Below, in pieces: positions 24,101 to 34,866 of a stretch of 64,000 nt of DNA. Each line of letters starts with the position of its first letter. Position 1 is the stretch's first letter. The translations under genes and the position numbers were made by a program. The notes under the pieces were generated by a model, which did not search any database, was not told the DNA's origin, and was given only the letters and a program-made list of their open reading frames with translations. This DNA is from Oculina patagonica. Its lineage: Eukaryota. Location of the stretch: positions 25,358,001 to 25,422,000 of the forward strand of contig NC_135759.1 in NCBI RefSeq assembly GCF_052425735.1, given 5' to 3'.

Positions 24101-27100
24101 CCATTTAGGAAACCTCCATAACCTAAGGTCCCGGAAGCATCGGTGAAAAGTTGGAGTTCCGGGGGGAAGAGATGTCGGAGTCGAGAAAAATGCTTACCCC
24201 GTTCCAGTGTTCGAGGAATTCTATCCACATCTTAATGTCCTTACGAAAGCCGGCATTGAGTTTAATGTGCCAGTGGGGGAGCTTGAGGCCTTTGGTTAGA
24301 TGAATGATACGCTGAAGGAAGGGGCGACCGGGAGCAATGACCCTGCATGCAAACTGGAGGGTGCCTATAAGGGATTGAAGATCCCGGAGGGTGGCTGATT
24401 TTTTCAGGGACCATTGGAGAAGGGCATGTTTGGTTCGGGTGAGTTTGTCCTGTGGAAGGCGGGCTTCCATGGTATGGGAGTCTAAAAGGACTCCCATAAA
24501 TTCCAGGGAGGTGGAGGGAGAAAAGGTTTTCCCTGGGGCGATAGGAATGTCAAGCTCAGTGAACAGGTGAAGAACTTTGCAAAGGGCTGTTGCGCAGTGT
24601 GACCGGGGTGGGGGAAACGCAATGAAAAAATCATCCAGAATGTGGATGACCTGGGGAACATTAAGCTTATGTTGAATGATCCATTCAAGGGCAGAAGAGA
24701 ACTGGTCAAAAAGGAAAGGGGCACTGCGCAAGCCAAAGGGGAGAACCATATCGAAAAAATAAAGGCCTTGCCATTTCATTCCCAGGAGTTCCCAGTCTGT
24801 AGGGTGGACAGGGATATTCCGAAAGGCTGCTTTGATGTCTAGTTTGGACATGAAGCAGTTCTGACCGAGATCCTGGAGAATGGTAATTGCATTATCTACT
24901 TTAATGTAATGGAGGGAATAATCCTCCGGTGGGATGTGGGCATTGACACTAGTGGGGCGGTGTTTCGGGTAGGAGAGGTGGAAGATTGTTCGCCAGTCAG
25001 AGGAGTGTTTCTTAGGGATAGCCCCAATGGGGTAAACTTGGAAGTTTGGAAAAGGGGGGGAAAGGAAAGGGCCTGCAGTGTGACCTAATGACACTTCTTT
25101 CAACATGTTTTTGTCAATGATTGAAGGGTTTTCTTTAGCGGAGGGTAAATTGGGAAATTCTTGTGGAGCCCGGGGACCCGAGGAACCAATTTTGAAGCCA
25201 TGGGAAAAACCGGATAGAAGGTATTGGACAAATGACTGGTTGGGGTGATCATGGAGATAGGATGCCAGCTTGGGGATGTTAATAGGGGTCGGGGGAGAGA
25301 GCTGGGAGAGGTACTCAGGGGTGGCTCCAGGAGGAACTGCTAGAGCTTGAAGATGACTTAGGGCGGTCTTCCCTGTAGCGGGAGAGTTTTGAGTGTCCCT
25401 GGCCTGAGTGAGTGGCATAGCATCCAGGGTGGTTGCATCGATGCTTGAAAGGGCATGGGGTGCGGGCACAGGGTCGGCCATTGTTAAAGTTGAAGCACAG
25501 GTCAGACTGGGTGGGGGCATTCCTTGTCCTGGGGGTAGACAGAGGGCAAGAGTCAGCATGGTGATCGGAACTGCTGCAGGATTTGCAGCCCGATGTTTGA
25601 AGGCCCGTGAATGTATCCAGGTATAGCTGGACGTCACGTTCCCCCCAGTTGAGGGAGAGGTTGTGGGAGGCACGGCGCCGAAATTCGACGTCGTAGACGT
25701 ACCAGGACATCCCGGGGAATTTCCTCACCGCGTCCCGAATTAGCTGCTGGTAAGCAATTAACGCGGTGGCGCGCGAGGGGTAAGAGGCGACCAGTACTGA
25801 TGAAAAAATGGCAAAAGCATCGAGCCATTTATCAATGGTGGTGATTTTGGGGCGTTTGGATGCCGAGGGAAGGGGAATGGTGAGACCTTGTTCCCCGACC
25901 TTGAGGTTGAGCTGGGAGCTCAGGGCATCCTCTAGGAGAGACGATATGGGGAGGAGAGTAGCAAAGTCCACGTACTCACCGTTCGTGATGGCTGTCGTCG
26001 TGGTCTTCGTCAGGTGGCTTGCGATGGACGGTTGGCGAAAATCCGGAAGGAGGGCAGCGACGGTGACTGGATCGGATGGGTTGAATAATGCACCAGGTTG
26101 TGGGAGAGCAGGGAAGGCCGATTGAGGCGTGGGGAGGCTTTGTTGTTGTTGACGGCCATCTTGAAGTTGTTGGCGGCCATCTTGAAGTTGTTGGAGGCCA
26201 TCTTGAAACGGCGTGAGACTGGGTTCCACAGCATGGCCTTCGCGGGGCGTCGCGCGTATCGTCGCGCGTGGAATTTGTAGATGACCGCCATCTTGTCGGG
26301 AAGCCAGTTTTTCGTCGATGATGGACGCGATTAACTGCGCCAGTTCGGCTTGTGGGGCCAGGGTGCTGTCTTGCACCGTACGAATTACAGGAACGTCTGA
26401 GCCGCTTTGCGGGTTGGGAACTTCTTGGTTCGCTTCGAGACGAGCTATGAGCTGTTGGCGTGTGCCCGTCTGAGTAAGATTGTATTGTGCCAGCAGGAGG
26501 CGAAGGGCCTCGGTGGCCATCAACCGAAAGTTAGTCTGTGCAGGCGTTTGTGCGGTTGCTGCGGGACCTTGGCGGGTCCTGGCTGATTTCCGAGTGGTGG
26601 GTCTTCCTCGGTTTGGCATGATGATAAAAATACGGAGAGTTGAGCTTAGGTTATTTTCCAATAAGAGCTTCGGCGCGAACTGACAAAAAGGAACTTGTGA
26701 GGATCTGCACGAAGCAAACAATGATTGCAAGAGGCGTGTGTGTTCGAACTAGAGGTAAGGGGCATGCAGAGGGCACGTGAGAGAGCTGATTGGAACCATT
26801 GTAAGGCCTGCATTAACAGATATAAATCTACATTGGAACAGCTAAAATATTAAAGGATGCATTGTTAAACATAGGAGCTCGTTGTTGTCGCCCGTGCTTG
26901 GACTTTGGGATCGAGTGATACTAGAGAGATCGGAGCATGATGAGATTCCTAGGTATGCGAGACATTAGAGCTATGGGATTACATATCGGATAACATAGGA
27001 GTGTTTATCGTTTAACATACAAGTAGTTTATGAATAAAGTGTTACTAAACCAAATGTGCCTAGCTGTCTTGAGTGGTTTCTCTCAGGTCTCATTAACATC

Positions 27101-30100
27101 AGTTTATTGTTCCCATAAACTTGAACTTATAGATTTAGCCAAGCCTAAAAACAGAGCTCCACATTGACTTTTTTGCTGGTTTTTAATAGTTTGTGAAAAT
27201 ACACTCATCGACAAAGTACTGTCCTTGATGTTATTAAAGGCAACTACTCAAGAAAGATCCATAGGACTCCCCTCCCCCAGAGTCTGTACTTTCAGGGGGT
27301 ACGCTCACGCATAACCAATTTTTTTCAGTTTGATGGGTTTACCAATTTCGCTTAGGTATTGATGATCCGCTCACACATGCCTTTGGCGTGCGTGTGAGCT
27401 CGGCTATAAGCTTCTCCAATTACAAGACCCTCTATATATTGAAGAGGTTGTTTGTTTGTTTTTTTTCTTACCTTGTTAGATAATTTGCTCATAGAGATAT
27501 TACCCCTCCTCAAAAAAAAGCCCACCTGAGCAAATACATGAGCCCAATGCTTGCTTTATGTTATGGTTTAAAATGATAGGTAAGGAGGGAAGCCTCAGAG
27601 ATTGGTATAGAGTACAAAAAACACAACTTGTTTTTCCATCAGAACACATTATTATTAACGTCTTCACCTTGTTCTTTAAGAGGGATCCTGGTTGTATTGA
27701 ATGTTTTCCTGAATTGTTCTGAACAAAGTGGAACAATACCCATGGCAAATTGCTGCAAAAGAACCAGCGGCGTTAATCCAAGTAGTATTAGCGAAAAAAC
27801 CAGTGGTGATTACTCTGTATTATTATACAGCTAAAGCTTGTTTTGTACTTGAAACTAAAAAGGTGACAGTCTTAATTAAAACACTTGAAAAACTAATAAC
27901 TGCCACCCTTTTATTAACATTAAATTAATTTTTATAATTATAGTCCAATTAATAATAATGGTCAAGTAACACTTACTGGTTCAAGCTTTTCTTTGAAGAT
28001 TTGTTTCCTGTACAGGAACATGGAATGGATCATGTTGGCTGCTCTTGCACTTTGGATTCGTGAAGGGACCTTGTAAGAATCCTAATACAAACAATGATCA
28101 AAGAAACACTGATTACTTACACTTTGCTTAAACATGTCAGCTACCTCTTGTACCATGTCAAGAAGCATTAACCACCAGACAGACAAATTCTTGATCTTGT
28201 GTATATAGCCATATCAAATTTATGTTACACTAACAAAATTTGTACTTACCACTCCGTAGTAGTTACTGTTGATAATGAGAGGCTCCCTGGATCGCAGGTA
28301 CACAAACTGCTGCCACCAGTCACTGATCTGTTGAACAAGGGTGGTGCATATAATTATAAAGGGAGTGAGTGAGTGAGTGAGTGAGTGAGTGACAGACAAC
28401 AGAATTAATAATAATGTGACTGAACAATAATACCATTATTAGAAAAACCTAAACTGTACATTTAAGGCCCATTTACACATGCAACCTGTTTGTAACCTGA
28501 TCCAACTTCGGCGCGCCAAAAATGGCATTTAGCTGCGCGACAAAAATCCCCCGTGTAAATGGGCCTTCACATCATTCAAACTCAATAAGATCCAACACCT
28601 GCTGGAGCTCTCGTCGGAGTTGCAAGAAGAAAGGAAGTATTTGGAGGGCGTGAGAACTAGCATTGTGATTGTTTTATTCTTCCACTTCTGCTTGTGACTC
28701 CAACAATCTAGTTTGCACTGGATCATAAGCGACAGAGTCATCAGCAGAATTGGAAGAAAATGGAAATGTTTTGATATTTCTGACTCCGATTACACTGAGT
28801 AAATGACTCCTCTTAGAACTCTGACTTTTGATTTTCACGAGGTCATTTATAAGCCCTCTAATGACTCTTAATACAACCCGGACTCTGACTTCATTGCTTG
28901 TGAAACCAGCCTTTAGGACTAAAGGGTTTTATAACATACTAGAAATGTTAATCTAAGATGTATATTATGCTTCATTATTTATTATCATCATCATCATCAT
29001 TATTGTTATTATTTACGGTACATATTTCTTTAATCAGAAACATCAATGGAAACTTTGCAAAGAGAAGTAAAAAGGTTATCAAAGATAATCAAGGATAATA
29101 ATTATTTTATTACGTACATAGTTTGTGGACCACCAGGACTTCCAAACCAAGTAACGCTGTAGCTTTGTTCCAAGACCATTCTAGAAGAAATCATTTTACG
29201 TCATTATTGAAAGTTGCTTGTAAATCATAAGTGTGAAGGTGGACCCGCTCAACATAAATCAATGATTGTGTAGACATTCACCCAATGACAGCATCATCCA
29301 ACCATGTGTGACTGGGGTAGAAGACTGAATAATGTTGTTTTTTTTTTTCCACTAGGTGTGTACATTTATCTTAGAAAACAAAAAAAAAATGACTGACTAA
29401 TAGAGAGGGGTGCTTTATAATAAGCACACGTCTCTATTAGCAACCTCCATTCCTGTCAAAAGGTCTTTAAAAGAAATAAGCCCCCCCCCCAAAAAAAAAA
29501 AAAATCTTGAGAGAAAGGCTTAATAGAGCTTTTAGAGTATAAAATAACCTTATTACTGCGAACATTCCTGGTCAGCGACAGAGTAGGGATGGAGTGACAA
29601 AGGTGAATAGGTATGATCCATTAAATAAGTTCCTATCTGGCCAGTTAGTCCTCAGCTAGCATTACCAAAAGAATAAATCAGTCTCAAACCTTAAAATCCT
29701 TGGCCAGTTTTTCCATCTCCTTGAATCTTTCTTCACTAAGAACAGGTCTAACTGATTCCAAATACTGAAAAAGAATACATATGGCAATGCAATAAACATT
29801 GTGAACTATTTGCTTAAGTAAAAATCTGTTAACGTTAGGTATTTATTCAAATTAAAATGAGATTTTACATGACTTACTCTCTTTGTAGTGGCCTCAAGTT
29901 CAGGTACAGGCAGGCAAGGTAAAGACTTCTCATAGCTGTAAAGAGTTGGGTTCTTGCCACCAAGGAGTTTTACTAAGCCCTGCAATCACATAAGGAAACC
30001 AATACAACTTAGCCCAAGTCCTCTATGAACCCAATCAGTATACCTTTAAACCAGGTCTAACATACATTTTTGCTTCGAGTAATTTTCACAAAGTACATGC

Positions 30101-33100
30101 AATTCATTTTTGCTTTGGCTTTATGGTACTGGTTTTGCATTAATGAGCCTCAAGTTAGTAATTGGTTTAAAGAAAAGCTGTGCCACTTTCTTAACCAGTC
30201 CAGGGCCATAACCAAACCTTTGACATAGACGAGGCAAGATCTTTAAAGAGGGTTCTAAGGGCATGCCCTCCAGAAAATTTTGAGATCTAGAAGCTTTGAA
30301 TCTCTTTCAGAGACATTTTTCATGAGGTATTTCTTGAGAAAAAAATCAATTTTGTTCAACTGGAGATTATTTTCCCAACAAAATATATTTTGTTTTTAAT
30401 GTTGGTTAAAAATTTAGAAGAGGCAAGTGCCTCGCCTAGCTAGAAATTAAATAAAAAGAACATACCAGCCAGCATTTAGTTTTTAATGACAGCTTCCTAC
30501 AAGAAAATTAAAGGATCTTGTTTAGTAAGATTTATTATTAATAGTCCTCTTAAAAAGAACTGCCTGAAATATTCAAAATATTATAATGTACAGTTAAGTT
30601 ACATATTGTGCATTTCCAGAAAATATCCATACCCACCCCATGGTATTTAATTGGAAAATTCTGAGGGGGCGGGGGAGGGGGGTCTCAAAATCCAAATGTT
30701 TTAAGGGAAAGTATGGGGTTCAACTGGAATTCCCAGAGGGGGTAAGGGAATTTAAACCAAAAAACCCTTCTGTGGGAGGGGTATCATTAAATAGTATGGA
30801 TATTTTCTGGAACAACACAATTTAATATTCTGGTGACATAATTGTTAGTCAGGGGCTGTCAACTAAAACATTCAAATTGCCCTTGAACACTTTTGATTGG
30901 GTAACTAGATACATACATGTACAAAATTAAAATGCATTTCAGACAAAAGTTGTTTGCCGCTTGACAGGAGCAACACAGGCCACCACTATAGTACACACCT
31001 TGCAAAAATGTTCAATGTACATACACCTTGTTTTCACAAGTTACAATAACTGCAAGTTTCTTACCCTCTTGGTTCGTACAGAAATGCTCGATAACGCAGC
31101 AACTGACGAAGAATGAACTGTTGAATGTGACCTATTAGCATCCACAGTATTGTTGCGCACACCAACACAGCGACTGCTATTACTGTCTTAGGGTCCAAAC
31201 TGTGCCTCCTTGAAAAATAAAATATCGTTGACATAACTTACTTGTATAATTTATACAGTTATGTAACTGGCAAACTACTGAGTAAATAAATCTCTACTAA
31301 TGTGAGGCCTGCTTGATAAGAGATAACTTGCCTGGTAATCACAAAGTTATACATGCTTCATCTTATTTTAATTCTTGTATGCTGCCTATCCAGGCATTTG
31401 GTTAGTTGGAATTAGCATGAATAATGGTGAGTGGAGAAAAAGTCAGAGGGCATTTTTCGCAAGCCATGTGAGACAGAAATCTCAAATTCCAATATATAAG
31501 CTAAGCTAACTGTAGGCTAGCCAAAAGTGTTATGTATGCCAACTGGAGTGCTATTTAGGCTAACCAATGTGTTATTTAGGCTAACCGGCATGGCTCGCAT
31601 AACTCACTGCCTCACACATTGTCTAGACCCACTAAATGTACAATATGTGCCACACATAGATGTAGGGAAGCTACATAAACTGTAGTAACAACTCTAACTT
31701 GATCCCTGCATTTATCTAGGTTATGCATGTAGGATTACAAAAATATGCATGCCAAATCATAATATGTGTAAAAATTATATCATGTTTCATAAAATATCTG
31801 AGGAATTGCGCGAGCTATGATTGGTCAGTTCGACCTCATTATAGCTCCATAAAGCATGCGAATTACGTCACACGCCTATTTCATCGAGTTATAATGCATG
31901 CGGCTTACGTCACGGGTTTGAGTGCACATAATTTCTTTAACATTTTATAACAGAGATAAAAAACTATTCTTTGTGCATTGTTGAGTTCTATGAGCAGTTG
32001 GGAATTTTTAAGCTTGCCTCGTGCTTCTCTATGCAGTTCTCTCGTGTTCTTAAAAATTCCCACATGCTTATATAACTCAACATTGCATTTGAGTGCATTC
32101 GCAAAAACGTACTCCAACTTAAATTTTTACTAGGGCCTCTATTGATAACAGTTTTTATTGTAAAAGCTGATGGAGTAACCCTATTTAAATAAAGGCTTTC
32201 TTCTTCTTCTTCTAAATGTATTTTTATTACGAAATAAAATAATTAAACAGACATAAAAATAAAACTGCTGGAGCGATCTGTGGTCATAGCTTAAAAGATA
32301 AAAATGTTTAAAACAGATCTAAAAAAGATATAAAAGGATACTCTAAATTTTCGATTGCCTTCTGCGGTCTTCTTCAGAGAATGGTGGATTTTTGCCAAAT
32401 GATGGATTTTTTGAATTCTGTGAACCTTGCAAAAATCCATCATTCTCTGAAGAAGACCGCAGAAGGTGATTGAAAATTTAGAGTATCCTTTAACATCTTT
32501 TTTAGATCTGTTTTAAACATTTTTATATTTTAAACATACATTTATGCTTCCTATAAAAAAAAACATGTATGTAGTATGACCTATGACAACATGAGTGGTT
32601 TTGGCAAAGTTAGAGAAATGTTGTTTGGATGTGGCACAAATAATAGTGTTTTGTTCCAAACTGTTTTAAATTTTAATTTTATTATGAATTATAAATTAAG
32701 GAGCTATAACCATTTGCTTTGAAAATATTGCCTACTATAAATAAAATTAATGTAATGTAGTTCTGCTGCAAACTTTTTTAAAATTCAACTACATTTGTAC
32801 AACAACAGTATTTGCTTTGAAGATACAGCTGCCTATAATTACCAGACTATATGTACACATAATTTATGATGATGATTTCTAAAGCAGTCTCAAAGAAGAA
32901 ATTCAAGACTCATTTAAATTATTAATAAGTCAAACAAAGGCTGAAAAGGTGTTGAATTCATTCCAAATTCCAATTCCAAATTCTACACCCCTGAATAACA
33001 ATAAAATTCAACTTTCTGAGTAAGGTTTTAAATTACATGCAATATTTAACAGCATGTTTTTTAAAACAAAATCCCAATGAGCAGGCTACTCCTGAGAGTG

Positions 33101-34866
33101 GGAGCTTAGGTAGCATGGACAGCATGTATGTGATCGTCAAAAAGGGTCGGAAAGAATGCAACTATTAATCGCAGATAACTGTTATTTGGTGTTTTTCAGA
33201 CCATTTCTTGTATTGTTGATTTTGGTCCCAAGTACAAAAAAAGTGATCACAAGCTGGTGATTTTAATTTGATTATCACAATCATGTGAACACAAGAACTT
33301 ATACACTACCCAGAGGAAAATGTCTGTGAATAAAATTATTGCATTTTTTTACCATGTGAAAATGTTTGTGTATAATGAGGGACAGCTTTTTATTGCAAAA
33401 AAATAAAAATAAAAATAATAAGAGACAGAGACAAAGAAAATAAGGATTGTCCCTTTTTTACACAGTGAACTTATTGTCATCATGAAAATATATGAAGAAG
33501 TTGAAAATTCTGATTGAATGATTTTTAACACAGCCTTCAATGTGCCATGTAGTGTCATCACACGGTGAAACCACACAACATTCATAATTACCGGTATTCC
33601 AGAAATCATGCCACAGGTGGCAGCTTAGAATTCCAAAGGCAAGGGGGTTCTAACGGTTGGAATTCTAAAAGCATGGGACATGTTAAGGACTAGAAATCTG
33701 AAGGCATAAAGGGTGGAGGGGGGGAGGGTGAAGTTCAGATCTGAATATTAAGAGGGATATGAATTAACCACAAAGGAAGGAAAGAACTAGGTGCAAAAGA
33801 TATACAGAAAGCAGAAAGTTCAGACCCCTCTCACACCCCCAAATCCTCCCACCCCCCTCCCTCTCTCATCATGTAGGTCCCACGACATGTAATTAAATAA
33901 TATTGTAGTGGAACATGCTTTTGTGTGATGTGGCTGGTGTAAACCAGGTTTTATACATGTAGCAGAGGATATGTTTAGTTTGCTACTCTGGACTGGCTAA
34001 AAATACAATGTTCCAGAGGAACTGCCTCTAGTCTGGCTATTTTCAATACTGGCCAGCTAATAATTAACAAGTGTGAAATACATCTGTTTACATATTAAAA
34101 TCTTGTCCATTTTTTTCACAAAATATACCAGCTTCAAATTCCGGGGTCAAAAGAGTGAAAGTTGTTCCTGTGTGAGAGCCTGGTCATCATCAACTCAAGA
34201 CTAAATTCTTTTACGTGATTGTCACCTGCCCGTTTGACATTGTACTTTATAATTGATATTGTAAGCAGAAAATAAATGGATGTTGTGCACTCGAAAAAAA
34301 AAGGCTTAAAAGCATCGATCAGAAGAAAAAAGATTGATTTCAAAATTATATTTGAGTCAGATTATAAGCTTAATGAGCTTAGCTATTTTAAAAATTTAAT
34401 AGCGAAAGTATCATTTAGCGAAAAGAACATCGAGAAAAATAATACATGTAACATTGTCCTTAATATCATCACCTTTAAGTAAGCTTAAGGCTAATTGCGT
34501 AGTTCTCTAACGGCATACAGTGAAATATAAAGTTTTGGAAAACTACAATAAAGCGGGCAAAGTCCATTCTAACTGTGTTATGACTCACCAGGGCATTCCA
34601 CGTTCTAACTTTCCTAAAACGTCCAGTGTTGTCTCGTGCTCCGTATATCTAGCAGCGCTCAGTGCAGCGACAAGAAGGATCCAAGTAGCTGGAGTTGCAG
34701 GGAACGATCGTTTCAAGATCGCTTTTTTCGCGCCCTTTACTCGACGCTTCGCAGACTTCACCATGGCACGGCCGACAAACTTCAGTGCGTTTCTGTCGAC
34801 GTTCACGACAATTCCCTCCTCTGTCACTTGGAATTGAAACGCTACGCCAAGTCTCGCTTCAGCCAT
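9188..34866 (-). CDS. CPT1: Carnitine O-palmitoyltransferase 1 (CPT1A/B/C family), 28 coding exons, ~763 aa
   Basis: Exons (-): 34589-34866, 31065-31208, 30466-30496, 29878-29979, 29690-29764, 29118-29180, 28250-28327, 27977-28081, 27668-27752, 21338-21452, 20764-20844, 20590-20665, 20040-20087, 19318-19425, 15035-15060, 14825-14890, 14337-14421, 13857-13944, 13458-13488, 12974-13019, 12400-12452, 11941-12022, 11649-11727, 11337-11410, 11218-11253, 10325-10402, 9719-9811, 9188-9253. All are GT-AG and phase-consistent, totalling 2292 nt. Motifs: [38 protein letters not shown], catalytic [64 protein letters not shown]. Confidence 0.96.
15140..15640 (+). mobile_element. Decayed CR1/L2-type LINE RT 3' fragment
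   Basis: Frameshifted remnants [44 protein letters not shown]. Confidence 0.65.
15854..15891 (-). ncRNA. Minimal hammerhead motif of the PLE pseudo-LTR
   Basis: The minus strand reads ccc-CUGAUGA-a-ggcuu-uaguuu-aagcc-GAAA-cg-UU-ggg. Confidence 0.7.
17094..17131 (+). ncRNA. Minimal hammerhead motif of the PLE pseudo-LTR (inverted copy)
   Basis: ccc-CTGATGA-a-ggctt-tagttt-aagcc-GAAA-cg-TT-ggg, identical to the minus-strand copy. Confidence 0.7.
18008..18888. mobile_element. Tc1/mariner-type MITE
   Basis: TIR ccgtaaaaacccgcagataagccgcacc / ggtgcggcttatccgcgggtgtttacgg. TA TSD. It splits the right TIR of the Kolobok-type element. Confidence 0.85.
18930..19290 (-). mobile_element. RTE-type LINE 3' fragment
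   Basis: Decayed [28 protein letters not shown]. Same family as 47560-47862. Confidence 0.6.
23258..23700 (-). pseudogene. Ngaro tyrosine recombinase with a large internal deletion
   Basis: The N-terminal part ([10 protein letters not shown]; [17 protein letters not shown]) is joined near 23475 directly to the C-terminal [32 protein letters not shown]. The central region with the first catalytic Arg is absent. Confidence 0.85.
23704..25673 (-). CDS. Ngaro reverse transcriptase-RNase H (one 1-nt frameshift near 24165)
   Basis: [39 protein letters not shown]. RNase H motifs [31 protein letters not shown] lie in overlapping ORF 23704-24228. The shift falls in a C homopolymer. Confidence 0.88.
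25315..26619 (-). CDS. Ngaro gag-like ORF1 (SAP-like N-terminus, C-terminal Zn fingers)
   Basis: ORF 25315-26730, first Met at 26619. Motifs [17 protein letters not shown], CxxCxxxxHxxxxC and CFNFN..C..C..H. Confidence 0.85.
   Translation of the reverse strand: MPNRGRPTTRKSARTRQGPAATAQTPAQTNFRLMATEALRLLLAQYNLTQTGTRQQLIARLEANQEVPNPQSGSDVPVIRTVQDSTLAPQAELAQLIASIIDEKLASRQDGGHLQIPRATIRATPREGHAVEPSLTPFQDGLQQLQDGRQQLQDGRQQQQSLPTPQSAFPALPQPGALFNPSDPVTVAALLPDFRQPSIASHLTKTTTTAITNGEYVDFATLLPISSLLEDALSSQLNLKVGEQGLTIPLPSASKRPKITTIDKWLDAFAIFSSVLVASYPSRATALIAYQQLIRDAVRKFPGMSWYVYDVEFRRRASHNLSLNWGERDVQLYLDTFTGLQTSGCKSCSSSDHHADSCPLSTPRTRNAPTQSDLCFNFNNGRPCARTPCPFKHRCNHPGCYATHSGQGHSKLSRYREDRPKSSSSSSSSSWSHP
27130..27408 (+). 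repeat. Interspersed non-coding repeat starting tagatttagccaagcctaaaa with a 3' hairpin
   Basis: The same terminus occurs inverted at ~232-262. Terminal hairpin gctcacacatgcc-ttt-ggcgtgcgtgtgagc. Confidence 0.55.
30606..30820. mobile_element. MITE
   Basis: TIR ttgtgcatttccagaaaatatccatac / gtatggatattttctggaacaacacaa. Confidence 0.7.
31780..32110 (+). mobile_element. Non-coding element with Crypton-like end architecture
   Basis: Short IR at ~31783 / ~31941, terminal hairpin ~31974-32086, and a third copy of the arm motif at ~31885. Confidence 0.5.
32291..32533. repeat. Inverted pair of PLE pseudo-LTR fragments, each with a degenerate hammerhead motif
   Basis: ~105-bp arms at 32291-32395 and 32427-32533. 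Each reads ct-CTGAAGA-a-gaccgc..GAAA-at-tt-agag outward. Confidence 0.7.

Larger units (their letters stand above)
21631..27129 (-). mobile_element. DIRS-group (Ngaro-type) tyrosine-recombinase retrotransposon with split direct repeats
   Basis: A1 26685-27129 = A2 22242-22686 (445 bp). B1 22684-23081 = B2 21631-22028 (398 bp). Order on the minus strand is A1-gag-RT/RH-YR-B1-A2-spacer-B2. The trinucleotide tta is shared at both ends and at the B1/A2 junction. Lies in CPT1 intron 9. Confidence 0.95.

Noticed and set aside
24123-24228. Programmed frameshift between RT and RNase H
   Set aside because: Better explained by a 1-nt loss in a C run. DIRS RT-RH is normally a single ORF.
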